Positions 34,624 to 44,519 of a stretch of 64,000 nucleotides of DNA are shown here, one piece after another. The stretch spans positions 219,642-283,641 of the forward strand of contig SCUM01000001.1 of NCBI GenBank assembly GCA_004297215.1, read 5' to 3'. This DNA is from Patescibacteria group bacterium. Its GTDB lineage: Bacteria; Patescibacteriota; Patescibacteriia; UBA9934; GWF2-40-263. Below the pieces are notes generated by a model that was not told where the DNA came from, did no database searches, and saw only the letters and a program-made list of their open reading frames with translations. The stretch's first letter is position 1. Each line of letters begins with the position of its first letter. Both the position numbers and the translations under genes were made by a program.

Positions 34624-37176
34624 TTATTTCCCTCCCACGTCCGACTGGATGGGCGCGGCGGCGGCGATAGACGTGCGTTCCAGGATTTCCGCCTCCACGA
34701 GACGCTTGTCGCGGCCGTACTTGAGGCGTGAGAGCTCCTTGATCGCCTCGGCAAGCTCGACGTTTCCCTTGGGCGCGGGGGTGAAGCCCATCGTGAACGG
34801 CTTCACCGAAGCGTTATCCACGATCATCTTGGTATACCAGGTGAACTTGTCGCTGTTCTGCATGTCGTACCCGGAAAAGTCCGGCGCGTAGATCTTCTCG
34901 AAGATCTCCACGTCCTCGGGACCGATGCGGCCCACCATCATGGTGCCGGCGTTGCCGAACACGGCGTCCTTGATCTTCGTGTCGTTGTCCTTCACCAGCT
35001 GTCCGACATATTGGTGGGCGATGATGAGGTCGAGCCGGTACTTGCGCGCCTCCGACAGGATGGTGGCGATCGAATCCGTGATGAAATTCTGGAACTCGTC
35101 GATGTAGAGGTAGAAATCGCGACGTTCGCTCTCCGGCATGTCGGCGCGGGCGAGCGCGGCCATCTGGAGCTTGGACACGATGATGAGGCCCAAGAGCTCC
35201 GCGTTGACGTCGCCAGTCTTCCCCTTCGACAGGTTCACGAGCAGGATCTTCCCCTCATCCATCACCTCGCGGAAATCGAAGCTCGACTCCTGCTGGCCGA
35301 TGATGTTGCGCATCATCTCGTTCTCCACGAACCGGCCCACCTTGGAAATGAGGTATCCGAGCATCTCGGACTTGTGGAAGTCGCTCGTCTTGTCCACCTC
35401 GTTCACCCAGTAGGACATCACCACCGGGTCCGTGATCTTCGCCCGCCACTTGTTCTGGAAATCCACGTCCGAGAACATGCGCGGAATCTCGATGATGCTC
35501 CCCGCCTGCTCCGGATCGGACATGAGGGTGAGCATCGCGTTGCGCATGTGGTGCTCGAACATGGGCCCGATCATCTCCGGCGGGAACAGCTTGTAGAAGA
35601 TGGCGATCATCTCCTGCACGGCCATGTCCTTCTGGCTCGGATCCTTGCATTCGAGCATGTTGAGCCCCATGGGCCGGTCCGTGTCCGACGGGCAGAAATG
35701 CACGACGTCGTCCACGCGCTCCTTGGGGATGTTCGCGAGGAGATGCTCGATGAGGTCGCCGTGCGGGTCCACCACGGCCACGCCGCGGCCGGCCTTGATG
35801 TCCTGGACGGCGAGCGAGGCGATCAGCTGGGTCTTTCCCGCGCCGGACTTGCCCATGACGTACATGTGGCGCTGGCGGTCGGCCTCCTTGATCCACACCG
35901 GGGTCTTCACCCCGCGGTACACGTTATATCCCATCTCGAGCACGCCGCCGTCCTGCGGACCGGTGGGCACGTTGCTTGGCACGGCGCCGGCGCGCGCCCC
36001 GAGCCACTGGATGTTGGGGGTCTCGGTCCAGGGCGTGGGCATGTGCCAGAGCGTGGCCATCTCCTCGGCGTTGAGCACGATCCTCGCCTTCTCGTCGAAC
36101 GCGCGCGCGATGAACTGGCGCACGATCTTCGTCTTCGACCGGGGCACGCGCTTCTCGAAGGAATTGCCGTACTCGTAGATGTTGAACGGCGAAAAGGCGT
36201 TCAACATGTTGGACAGCGTCGACTGCGCGCTCTGCGCGTCCGGTCCGCTTACCATGAGGCGGATGTTGGCCTCCATCCCGGCCTTGCTCGCCTTTTCCTC
36301 GAGCCCCTTCACCAATTGCTCTTCCTGCGGCGACAGCTTGTGCTCCCTGGGCGGCTCCTGCCCTTCCTTCGCGGACGCGAATCCGGAGAGCTGCGCGACG
36401 CTGCTCCCTTCGCCCTTGCGCTTGCCCTTGATCGCCTCCTCAAGCGTCATCCCCTGCTGCATGTTCTTCGCGATGCGCACGCCGGCCCTGCGCCAGCCGC
36501 CCGGGGCGGAGCGGACGACGAACTGGAACGCGGCCCCGCTCCCCTCGGGGATCTTGGCGATCGCGTTGGTGATGGCGGAGAGCGGATCCTTGTCCTGGCC
36601 GCGGTACGTCTTGATCGGGAACACGCTGTCGCGGCGCAGCGCGAGGTGCGCGCCAAGGATGACGCCGGTAGGCGCGAAGATGTTATAGTCCTCGACTTCT
36701 TCCACGTGCGCGTCGTGATAGCTGGCGGAAAAGGTCTGCTCGACGAACGCCTGCAGGTGGCGGGGAGCGGCCACATAGAACCGGATGAGCTTCTCATGGC
36801 TCACGATCTCGAAGGACATCTCCTCATGGTTCCCTTTGAGCCAGGTGAAGAACCCGTGACGGGGCTTGAGCCCGCCGATCGCGGAGAACATCGTTTCCGC
36901 CGCGGCCACGGCCTCGATGAGCTGCTCCTTGGTGCCCGTGCGCGTGCTCTCCTCCTCGTGCCGGAACTTCGGGAGGCTCACGGACAGCACCACGTGGTCG
37001 AACCCGCCGCGGCGGGCGCGGATCCGACGGCGGATGAGCAGGAGGACGAGCCCGGCGAACGACAGGATGCCGACGCCAACCGCCGCCACCCACCCGTACT
37101 GGGCGATGGCGTCGTTTGCCGCCGACGTGTCGACGAAGGACGGGGGAACGTCCGTTTCGAGGCCGAACTGGAACAT
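34624..37176 (-). CDS. membrane-anchored P-loop ATPase, type IV coupling protein-like (TraD/TraG/VirD4, AAA_10-type)
   Basis: N-terminal TM. Walker A VMGKSGAGKTQ followed by VAVVDPHGDL (T4CP-like), and Walker B LYIDEFQNF. 850 aa. Confidence 0.5.
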   Translation of the reverse strand: MFQFGLETDVPPSFVDTSAANDAIAQYGWVAAVGVGILSFAGLVLLLIRRRIRARRGGFDHVVLSVSLPKFRHEEESTRTGTKEQLIEAVAAAETMFSAIGGLKPRHGFFTWLKGNHEEMSFEIVSHEKLIRFYVAAPRHLQAFVEQTFSASYHDAHVEEVEDYNIFAPTGVILGAHLALRRDSVFPIKTYRGQDKDPLSAITNAIAKIPEGSGAAFQFVVRSAPGGWRRAGVRIAKNMQQGMTLEEAIKGKRKGEGSSVAQLSGFASAKEGQEPPREHKLSPQEEQLVKGLEEKASKAGMEANIRLMVSGPDAQSAQSTLSNMLNAFSPFNIYEYGNSFEKRVPRSKTKIVRQFIARAFDEKARIVLNAEEMATLWHMPTPWTETPNIQWLGARAGAVPSNVPTGPQDGGVLEMGYNVYRGVKTPVWIKEADRQRHMYVMGKSGAGKTQLIASLAVQDIKAGRGVAVVDPHGDLIEHLLANIPKERVDDVVHFCPSDTDRPMGLNMLECKDPSQKDMAVQEMIAIFYKLFPPEMIGPMFEHHMRNAMLTLMSDPEQAGSIIEIPRMFSDVDFQNKWRAKITDPVVMSYWVNEVDKTSDFHKSEMLGYLISKVGRFVENEMMRNIIGQQESSFDFREVMDEGKILLVNLSKGKTGDVNAELLGLIIVSKLQMAALARADMPESERRDFYLYIDEFQNFITDSIATILSEARKYRLDLIIAHQYVGQLVKDNDTKIKDAVFGNAGTMMVGRIGPEDVEIFEKIYAPDFSGYDMQNSDKFTWYTKMIVDNASVKPFTMGFTPAPKGNVELAEAIKELSRLKYGRDKRLVEAEILERTSIAAAAPIQSDVGGK

Positions 37177-37178
37177 GG

Positions 37179-37709
37179 TTAGACGGCGTTGCCGCGCTCA
37201 CGCTTCTCCGCTTCCGCGAGCAAGAGGAGCTTGTCGGTCTTGATCTTGGCTTCCTGCTCCAAGTAGAACCTGTTCGCCCGGTCGGAGAGGAGCTTCAGCC
37301 AGTCGCGGATGGCGTCGAACACCTTCTTCACGTTCACCTTGGTCTGCATGAGCAGCTCCCGCACCGAACGCGCGGTCTCTTCGCCCTGCTTCTTGAAATG
37401 CGCGCGCTCCTTGGGAGAAAGCTGCTTGTAGATTTCTTCAAGCCCTTCGGAAAGGACCGCTTCGACCTCCGCCGTCATCCGGTCCTTGGGGGCCTGGATG
37501 ACCCGTTGCACCATCTGCACGGGGGTCGGTGCCGCGACAGGTTCGGTCGCAGCCTGCTCTGTCGTTGGCTCCTCAAGCTCTTCAAACTCCTCTTTCCCTT
37601 CCGGCGCAGCTTCAACCCGCCTGCCCGCCGTAGCTTCAGCGGAGGCGGGTTCAACTCGAATCTCCCCGCCGACCGGGGCAAGACCTTTCTTTTCGGGCTC
37701 CAAGGCCAT
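37179..37709 (-). CDS. hypothetical protein (176 aa; acidic N-half, helical C-half)
   Basis: C-terminal portion of ORF 37179..38105, from the internal Met that follows the cysS stop and a REP copy. Confidence 0.45.
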   Translation of the reverse strand: MALEPEKKGLAPVGGEIRVEPASAEATAGRRVEAAPEGKEEFEELEEPTTEQAATEPVAAPTPVQMVQRVIQAPKDRMTAEVEAVLSEGLEEIYKQLSPKERAHFKKQGEETARSVRELLMQTKVNVKKVFDAIRDWLKLLSDRANRFYLEQEAKIKTDKLLLLAEAEKRERGNAV

Positions 37710-37731
37710 AGATGGGGCTATTGTAGCACAA

Positions 37732-37767
37732 AAGGCGGACAAGGCCTCAGGCGTTGAAGGCCTTAGG
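37732..37767. repeat. REP-like L-arm copy (AAGGCGGACAAGGCCTCAGGCGTTGAAGGCCTTAGG); contains cysS stop codon
   Basis: Family core in reverse orientation. Confidence 0.75.
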
Positions 37768-39139
37768 AAGTCTTGATGACGGGTCCGTTCGCGCCGTCTT
37801 CGACGGCAAACCCTCGAACGGCGATCTCGTCGCGCAGCCGGTCGGATTCCTTCCAATCCTTTGCCTTCCGCGCCGCTTCGCGGGCCTGCACCAGCATATG
37901 GACGTCGTCCGGGACTTCGATCGCCTTTCCGACGAGATCGACGAGTCCCAACCCGAATACCGAGTCGAACACGGCGAGCGACTTGGCCTTCGCCGCGCTC
38001 GGGAGCGACGCGTCCTCGACCATGTTCCACAGGGCTGCCAGCGCTTCCGGCGTGTTCAGGTCGTCTTCGATCGCCTTCCAGAACGCACGCTCGTGATCGG
38101 CACATCCGACCGTGCCAGGCTCATCCCAACCTCGGACCGTGTCGCGCAGGCGCTTGAGCGCATTCTGCGCCGCCGTGAGCGCTTCCCAGGTGAAATTCAG
38201 CTTCGTCCGGTAATGGGCGCCCAGGCAGAAATAGCGGAAGGCGAGCGGATCGAATCCGCGGGTGACCAATTCCTCGAGCGTGAACAGGTTGCCGAGCGAC
38301 TTGCTCATCTTGCCGCCGTCGACCGTGAGGAACTCGCCGTGCATCCAGACGTTGGCCTCGAGGACGCCGTCGGCCCCTTGCGTCTGCGCGAGCTCGTTCT
38401 CGTGGTGCACCGGCACATGGTCGATGCCGCCGGTGTGGATGTCGAACGGGACGCCGAGAAACTTCTTGGACATCGCGGAGCACTCGATGTGCCAGCCCGG
38501 GAACCCTTTTCCCCAGGGAGATTCCCACTCCATTTCGCGTTTCCCGTCCGTCGGCGAGAACTTCCACAGGGCGAAGTCCGTCGAATTCCGCTTTTCGCCC
38601 ATGTCCACGCGCGCGCCCGCCTTCTTGTCTTCCGCTTTCTGACCGGACAGCCGGCCGTAATCCGGGAGCTTCGACGTTTCGAAATACACGCCGTCGGACG
38701 TGACGTACGCGTACCCGTTCTTCTCCAGTCGACGGATCATGTCGATCTGCTCCGGAATGTTGTCGGTGGCCCGCGGATACGCATCCGCCGGCAGGACGTT
38801 CAACCGCGCCAGGTCCTTCATGAACGCCGCCTCGTAGAACCGGGCGATGTCGTAGGCGGTCTTCCCCTCGCGACGCATCGCGAGCAGCATCTTGTCCTCG
38901 CCCAGGTCGGCGTCATCCGTGAGATGGCCCACGTCGGTGACGTTCATGACGAGCTTCGTCTTCAGGCCGGCCATCGACAGGGCACGTCGCAGCACGTCCA
39001 CGAACACGTATGTGCGCAAATTTCCCACATGCGCGAACCAATACACGGTGGGGCCGCAGGCATAGATGCCGACATTCCCTTCCTGGATGGGCTTGAATTC
39101 CTCGACCTTGCGTGTGAGCGTGTTGTAGAGCCGGATCAT
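37763..39139 (-). CDS. cysS: cysteine--tRNA ligase
   Basis: MIRLYNTLTRK..YACGPTVY, HVGN (HIGH) and KMSKS motifs. Start at the internal Met. Confidence 0.9.
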   Translation of the reverse strand: MIRLYNTLTRKVEEFKPIQEGNVGIYACGPTVYWFAHVGNLRTYVFVDVLRRALSMAGLKTKLVMNVTDVGHLTDDADLGEDKMLLAMRREGKTAYDIARFYEAAFMKDLARLNVLPADAYPRATDNIPEQIDMIRRLEKNGYAYVTSDGVYFETSKLPDYGRLSGQKAEDKKAGARVDMGEKRNSTDFALWKFSPTDGKREMEWESPWGKGFPGWHIECSAMSKKFLGVPFDIHTGGIDHVPVHHENELAQTQGADGVLEANVWMHGEFLTVDGGKMSKSLGNLFTLEELVTRGFDPLAFRYFCLGAHYRTKLNFTWEALTAAQNALKRLRDTVRGWDEPGTVGCADHERAFWKAIEDDLNTPEALAALWNMVEDASLPSAAKAKSLAVFDSVFGLGLVDLVGKAIEVPDDVHMLVQAREAARKAKDWKESDRLRDEIAVRGFAVEDGANGPVIKTS

Positions 39140-39175
39140 AGTCGCACGCAGTATATCGGGAGCGACCCTAAACGC

Positions 39176-39201
39176 AAACCCCGCCTGGACGGCGGGGTTT
39201 T
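39176..39201. terminator. intrinsic terminator AAACCCCGCC-TGGAC-GGCGGGGTTTT (bidirectional)
   Basis: Seen directly. Confidence 0.6.
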
Positions 39202-39206
39202 GCTGC

Positions 39207-40670
39207 TTAGTCCTCGTCTTCGTCCTCGCTGTCATCATCCTCGTCTTCGTCACTCTCGTCGGTATCCTCATCATCATCCTCGTCTTCGTCCTCATCCGCA
39301 TCCTCCTCCTCGGCATCTTCCGGCTCCTGCTCGCGCACAATATCCTCGGCGTGGCGCTTTCCGTGGGCGGTCTCGATGCGCTCCTTCACGATCTCCTTGA
39401 GCGGCCGCTCGCGCTTGAGCGGGTGGAAATCGGCCGACGTGGCGTGGATGAAGGAGGCGGCGACCGTGTGCAGGGTGGCGTTGGCGACCCCTTCCACGCG
39501 GACGATGTCCCCGACCTTGAGGTCGGCCTCCGTGGCTTCCTTGCCATTCTTCTTGATCTTCGTGTCGTCCGTGTACGTCACCTTCCACGTGACGCTCGTG
39601 TCGATCCGGGAAACCCCTTCGTTCTGGGCATGGATGGACCCCTTGAGCTCCTTGCGCAGGGCGAGCTCGACCGTCAATTCGTTCTTGGCCGTGTCGATCG
39701 CCTTGATCTTGCCCAGATGGCGGGCCACGCCGCGCTTGAAGATGGATTCGTCCTTGATGAGCCGAGCCGTGATGGTGCCGTCGTCGTCCACGCGGCCGAC
39801 CACGAACAGCGTGTCGCCGACCGTGAGCTCGTCGAGCGACGCCTCTCCCTTGTACTTTCGTACGAACTTGGTGTGCTCATCCACCTTGACGGTGACCAGC
39901 TCTCCCGGGACGCCCACCAGGTTGTTCACGTCGTCGGCGCGCAGGCGCTTGTCAGCCGCGAGCTCCACCGTGAGCGTCTTCGCGGACTCGTCGATCGCCT
40001 TGAGCGTGCCCGTGAACGGGCGCGTGCGGGCCTTCAGGAAGATGTCGTCCCCGCGGCGAAGCGCCACGATGATGCTCGCCTCGTTCGTGGCCGTCCCTTC
40101 GACCAGGCGGGCGCGGACGCGGTCTCCGACCTTGAAATCGGCAAGGACGGCCGGGTTCTTGGGCGGGACCACGAGATGCGTCTTGCCCGTCACCTTGAGC
40201 ACGGTGTCCTTTTCCTTCCACGTGACCGTCATCGTCGATGCGGCCGTATCGATCGCCTTCACCCAGCCGTTCACCCCTTCGCGGCCGGAAAGGCTCAAGG
40301 AAAGGTCCTTGACCTCGCGCGCCGTCACGACGAGGGTGTTGTCGTTGAGCGTCCCTTCCACCTTGAGGGAATCCCCGGTGATCCAGGTGGACATGGCCGG
40401 TTTCACCTCGGCGCCGACGGGCACCTCCACCGTGTAATCCTTGAACGCGCCGGTCGGGTTCACGCGCACGACGATGGTCGTGGGCAGGTCGGTGGAGGAC
40501 AGCTCGATGAGCTGGCCCTTGAGCTCGATCTTGGTCGTCGTCTCCTCCGTCGCTTCCGCCTCGGCGGAATCCTGGGCGGCCGCGGGCAATACCGGCAGCA
40601 CGACGAGGGCGGCGGCGAGCGCGAGGCACGCGGCGATCCACGATCGCTTGAGGACGATGGTCATCGTCAT
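39207..40670 (-). CDS. secreted repeat protein with poly-acidic (D/E) C-terminal tail
   Basis: Signal peptide. About 4 internal repeats (...KAIDTA..TLTVEL...). The last ~45 aa are almost all D/E. Confidence 0.6.
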   Translation of the reverse strand: MTMTIVLKRSWIAACLALAAALVVLPVLPAAAQDSAEAEATEETTTKIELKGQLIELSSTDLPTTIVVRVNPTGAFKDYTVEVPVGAEVKPAMSTWITGDSLKVEGTLNDNTLVVTAREVKDLSLSLSGREGVNGWVKAIDTAASTMTVTWKEKDTVLKVTGKTHLVVPPKNPAVLADFKVGDRVRARLVEGTATNEASIIVALRRGDDIFLKARTRPFTGTLKAIDESAKTLTVELAADKRLRADDVNNLVGVPGELVTVKVDEHTKFVRKYKGEASLDELTVGDTLFVVGRVDDDGTITARLIKDESIFKRGVARHLGKIKAIDTAKNELTVELALRKELKGSIHAQNEGVSRIDTSVTWKVTYTDDTKIKKNGKEATEADLKVGDIVRVEGVANATLHTVAASFIHATSADFHPLKRERPLKEIVKERIETAHGKRHAEDIVREQEPEDAEEEDADEDEDEDDDEDTDESDEDEDDDSEDEDED

Positions 40671-40680
40671 AAGAGAAGGG

Positions 40681-41307
40681 TTAATTTTCGTAAGATGGAT
40701 GATCTTCGTCCCGGTCGCGTCCGTCCATGCCGCCGCGACGGTGCGAGTCGATGAGCTTCTTCGCCTCTTCCTTGAAACGCTTGCGCTTTTCCTCGCGGGT
40801 GCCGTCGCCGTCGCGGACGCGCTTCACGAGGTCGCGGACCTCCGGGCCGAGCCGGGACTTGGACTCCTCACGCAACTTTACACGCTCGCGCACGGATTCG
40901 TAACGCTCCCGTTCGTCCGCCGCCCGCTCGATGAGGCGCTCCTGCCGCCCGTTTGCGATCCGCTCCGCTTCCTTGAGGCGTTTTTCCAGCATCTTCGCGT
41001 AAAACGCTGCGGCGCGTTCGGGGCTCGTCTTCGCGATCGCCGCCTCGGCCGTCTCGATCCCCTGCTTCATCGCGAACAACGGGTGCCCTTCCACCACGTC
41101 CGGGCTCTCATAGGCGAACGCGCCGGTGCCGGAGACGAGCAACGCGAACGCGCACAGCCCCACCGCCACCGGACGAAGGCGCATCGCGGGACGCGCCACG
41201 AACCCGCCCTCGGCGGCGAGCCGCGCATACAACGCGACACGAAACGCTCGGCGCGGGGAAAGGCGCCGGCGCATCCGGTTGAGGTTGAAACGTGTCAGCC
41301 AATCCAT
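40681..41307 (-). CDS. putative anti-sigma factor (single-pass membrane protein downstream of ECF sigma)
   Basis: Gene order sigma then anti-sigma. TM segment, then a charged helical C-terminus. Confidence 0.45.
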   Translation of the reverse strand: MDWLTRFNLNRMRRRLSPRRAFRVALYARLAAEGGFVARPAMRLRPVAVGLCAFALLVSGTGAFAYESPDVVEGHPLFAMKQGIETAEAAIAKTSPERAAAFYAKMLEKRLKEAERIANGRQERLIERAADERERYESVRERVKLREESKSRLGPEVRDLVKRVRDGDGTREEKRKRFKEEAKKLIDSHRRGGMDGRDRDEDHPSYEN

Positions 41308-41311
41308 ACGA

Positions 41312-41791
41312 TCACAGCAATCCGCGGAGTTTCTTGATCACGCGATGCGTGGCCATCTTGAGCGACGTCGCGGGCCGGCCGAGCAATTCGGCCATGTCCG
41401 CGTATCCATACCCCTCAAGGTACTTGAGCGTAACAAGGCGTCGTTCCTCGGGTTCCAGCGCCGAAAAGGCCCTGGCCACCAGCCGCTGGTCGTCGGTCCG
41501 CTGCTCCAGGCCGCGACCGTCCTGTCCCACGAGCAGGTCGCAGACGTCATCGAGGTCCACATGCATGCGCCGGTCGCGGTACCAGTTGGCGAGGTGGTTA
41601 TGCGCGATGCGGTAGATCCAGGCCGAGCGGGACACGGCCTCGTCGTAGCGGTCGAACGCCGCGAGCGCCTTCAGGAAGATCTCGCTCGTCAGGTCCTCGG
41701 CGGTCGGCTCGTCCGGGACGCGCAAACGGACGTATCGGTAGATACGATCGATGTTCGCGCAATAGAAGCGGTCAAATGCCCTGCGATCCAT
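41312..41791 (-). CDS. ECF-type RNA polymerase sigma factor
   Basis: Sigma70 region 2 (..YRIAHNHLANWYR) and region 4 (LKYLEGYGYADMAELLG). Confidence 0.8.
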   Translation of the reverse strand: MDRRAFDRFYCANIDRIYRYVRLRVPDEPTAEDLTSEIFLKALAAFDRYDEAVSRSAWIYRIAHNHLANWYRDRRMHVDLDDVCDLLVGQDGRGLEQRTDDQRLVARAFSALEPEERRLVTLKYLEGYGYADMAELLGRPATSLKMATHRVIKKLRGLL

Positions 41792-41796
41792 GGATG

Positions 41797-41882
41797 AGGC
41801 GATAAGGCCTCAGGCAAGAAGGCCACAGATTGACGAATCCTTCAAATCCCTGAAGCCTTGTCCGCCTGAGGCCTTCACGCCT
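41797..41882. repeat. full-length REP-like element between sigma factor start and upstream gene stop
   Basis: GGCGATAAGGCCTCAGGCAAGAAGG..centre..CCTGAAGCCTTGTCCGCCTGAGGCCTTCACGCC. Confidence 0.8.
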
Positions 41883-42432
41883 CCCTACGCCGGATCGCGC
41901 CGAATGCCACCATCGCGACGATGGGGAGCAGGGCCCACACGCTCTTGCCCCCGTCGCTCGTGAAGACGGTGCGCGTGAGCGGCGACAGCCAGGGCGACGT
42001 GTCGGCCGGGAAGAAGGACAGGGTGACGCTGATGAGCAGGCCCGCGTGCAGGACGGAAAACGCGGCAACTTGCATGAAGCTCCCCTGCTCGGCCGACGCG
42101 CCGAACGCCTTGAGGAGCGCGGACTGCGACAGGAGGAAGAACAGCAGGATGAACGCGCCCAGGAACACGCTCACCTTGAGCGCGAAGGTGTCGTTCACGG
42201 AGATGCTCGCCTGGAACTCGCTGATGAACGGCACGTACTTCACCACGGCGAGCGCCATGTAGATCGCCACCATCATCACGAGGATGCGGTCGCGGCCGAG
42301 GCTGATGCCGTAGAGCAGCGAGGAAACGAGGAAGAACAGGATGATGAACACATCCCACGACGGCTGCAGCCAGTTGATGCTCGACAGGTACTGGGCGGCC
42401 TGGTGCGTGTCGATGACGACGGTCTGTAGCAT
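41875..42432 (-). CDS. hypothetical polytopic membrane protein
   Basis: 185-aa ORF with 5-6 hydrophobic helices. Confidence 0.5.
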   Translation of the reverse strand: MLQTVVIDTHQAAQYLSSINWLQPSWDVFIILFFLVSSLLYGISLGRDRILVMMVAIYMALAVVKYVPFISEFQASISVNDTFALKVSVFLGAFILLFFLLSQSALLKAFGASAEQGSFMQVAAFSVLHAGLLISVTLSFFPADTSPWLSPLTRTVFTSDGGKSVWALLPIVAMVAFGAIRRREA

Positions 42433-42488
42433 GGATCCCCCTTATGGGCTGAAGTATAACACAAAATGGCCTCTCGGCCATTTCGGGA

Positions 42489-42857
42489 TCATCGGGCGAG
42501 CGCCACGCTCGGGCGTCCCGCCTCCACGTAGGCCGGCGCGTCCGCTCGCACGAGCCCCATCATCTTCACGGATTGTTCCAAACGGACCAGCGACTGCGCC
42601 TTGCGCGCCGCCACCTCCAGCTTCTCGTTCTCGAGCGCGAGCGCGTCCACGCGCACCTCAAGGTCGCGCAGCGCATACCCGGCCGCCACGGACCCGTTGA
42701 TCTGCGCGATGTACGCCGAAACCCCGCACAGCACCGCGACGAAGCCGAGCACGTTGAACGCCACCACGTGGCGTCCGAAAAACTCGGACGCGGCGCGGAT
42801 CGCATGCTTCGGCGCTCCCGAAGGAGGCGTTTGCGTCGTGGGGGGGACGTTGTTCAC
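42489..42857 (-). CDS. FtsL-like cell-division protein (TM + coiled coil)
   Basis: Position after rsmH. Single TM and a leucine-rich coiled coil. GTG start inferred. Confidence 0.4.
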   Translation of the reverse strand: MNNVPPTTQTPPSGAPKHAIRAASEFFGRHVVAFNVLGFVAVLCGVSAYIAQINGSVAAGYALRDLEVRVDALALENEKLEVAARKAQSLVRLEQSVKMMGLVRADAPAYVEAGRPSVALAR

Positions 42858-42865
42858 AAAATGAT

Positions 42866-43750
42866 TCAGGTCTTTTCCGCGACGCGCAGCTTGGCGCTGC
42901 GGGCGCGCGGGTTTCTTCGTGCTTCCTCGTCGGAAGCGGGGATGGGCCGTTTGGTGATGAGACGGAGGCCCTTCCCGTCCTGTGCCTTGAAAAACCGTTT
43001 CACGATGCGATCCTCGAGCGAGTGGAACGAAATGACCGCGATGCGGCCGCCGGGGGGCAATAATCCTACGAGCTCCGGCAATGCGCGCGCGAGCCCGCCC
43101 AACTCGTCGTTCACTGCGATGCGCAACGCCTGGAACGTGCGCGTGGCCGGATGGATCCGCCCCGTGCGCCGCACGACCGTTCCCACGATCTCGGCCAGGC
43201 GGCCGGTCGTGAGGATCCGCTCTTCCCGTCTTGCCGCGACGATCGCCTTCGCGATCCGTCGCGCGTTCGGCTCTTCTCCGTAAAGCCGGAGCATCTCGGC
43301 AAGTTCCTCCTCTCTCCATCCGTTCACCACCGCCGCGGCGGTGAGCTCAGCCCCCGGGTCGTAACGCATGTCGAGCGGCCCGTCGTGGATGAACGAGAAT
43401 CCGCGCGACGCATCCTCGATGTGCGCAGACGAAAACCCAAGATCCAGAAGGATCCCGGAAAATCTCCCAACCATTGCATGCGCACGGGCCACCTCGGCCG
43501 CGTCCGCGTAATTCCCTTGCACGGCGATCACCCGGTTCCCGAACGGCTTGAGCCGTTCCTTGGCAACCTCCAGGTTGCGCGGGTCCCGATCGATCGCGAG
43601 CACCCTTCCCAGGGGTGCGGTTCTCTGAAGGATGGCAACGCTATGGCCACCCTGCCCCACGGTTCCATCAAGGAAGTCCTCGCCTGGTTTCGGATCTAAG
43701 GCTTGGAGGACTTCGGTCAACATCACTGGAACATGCACGATTTCGCTCAT
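42866..43750 (-). CDS. rsmH: 16S rRNA (cytosine1402-N4)-methyltransferase
   Basis: GGHS..., DLG.SS MraW motifs. Lies downstream of mraZ. Confidence 0.88.
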   Translation of the reverse strand: MSEIVHVPVMLTEVLQALDPKPGEDFLDGTVGQGGHSVAILQRTAPLGRVLAIDRDPRNLEVAKERLKPFGNRVIAVQGNYADAAEVARAHAMVGRFSGILLDLGFSSAHIEDASRGFSFIHDGPLDMRYDPGAELTAAAVVNGWREEELAEMLRLYGEEPNARRIAKAIVAARREERILTTGRLAEIVGTVVRRTGRIHPATRTFQALRIAVNDELGGLARALPELVGLLPPGGRIAVISFHSLEDRIVKRFFKAQDGKGLRLITKRPIPASDEEARRNPRARSAKLRVAEKT

Positions 43751-43925
43751 ACGGGACGCGCTCGAGTGGCGCGGTACCGGTACGGATGCGGGAAAAGGTT
43801 CAGTAAACCCGCATCCATGCCGGAGCCGCGCCACTCAAGTCCTGGGCTGACCCTCCTTCGCTCCTGATCCACCTTCGTCCTGCTGGACTTCGGTGGACGG
43901 GTGGAGCTTCGGAAGGGCTGACAAG

Positions 43926-44357
43926 CTACACGCCCAGCTCCCCGAGCTTCTCTGCGATGTTCCCTGCTTCCGCTTCGGTCTGGACCTTGTAGGCCTCCCA
44001 GCGCTCCGTATCCCAGAGCTCCAGGCGGTTATAGAGGCCCGCGACCACCACGTTCTTGGCTATTCCGGCGTACTTCCGAAGATATTCCGGAACCACGAGC
44101 CGTCCCTGCTTGTCCACGTCCACGTCCATTGCCCCCGCAAGCATGAGCCGGGCGAATGCGCGCGAATTGGACTGCCCCAGGGGCAAACCTGCCAGCTTTT
44201 CGGCAAGCTTGTCCCACTCCTCCTTGGGGAACAGGAACAGCGAAGCGTCAAGACCTCGCGTAACCACAGCCCCTCTCGCGAGGTCTTGGCGAAACTTCAC
44301 CGGGATCGCCAGGCGTCCCTTCTCGTCGATGGTGTGTTTGTACTCACCAATGAACAT
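43926..44357 (-). CDS. mraZ: transcriptional regulator MraZ
   Basis: Duplicated DxxxR / KGR.. motifs. 143 aa. Confidence 0.88.
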   Translation of the reverse strand: MFIGEYKHTIDEKGRLAIPVKFRQDLARGAVVTRGLDASLFLFPKEEWDKLAEKLAGLPLGQSNSRAFARLMLAGAMDVDVDKQGRLVVPEYLRKYAGIAKNVVVAGLYNRLELWDTERWEAYKVQTEAEAGNIAEKLGELGV

Positions 44358-44519
44358 GGGACTGTGGGTGGGGTAGAACTGCTTAAGAAAAAGCGAGCAC
44401 TGAACCGAAGTTCAATCCCCACTTCGTTCCACCTGCAACCACTATATGCCACTGCGTGACACGGGTCAACACGTTCCACCATCGCTGAATCTTGGCTAAT
44501 CCTGTATCATTTATAAAAA

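Noticed and set aside
37710-38105. N-terminal 132 aa of ORF 37179..38105
   Set aside because: This part overlaps cysS in another frame. Only the C-terminal 176 aa, downstream of the cysS stop, are kept.
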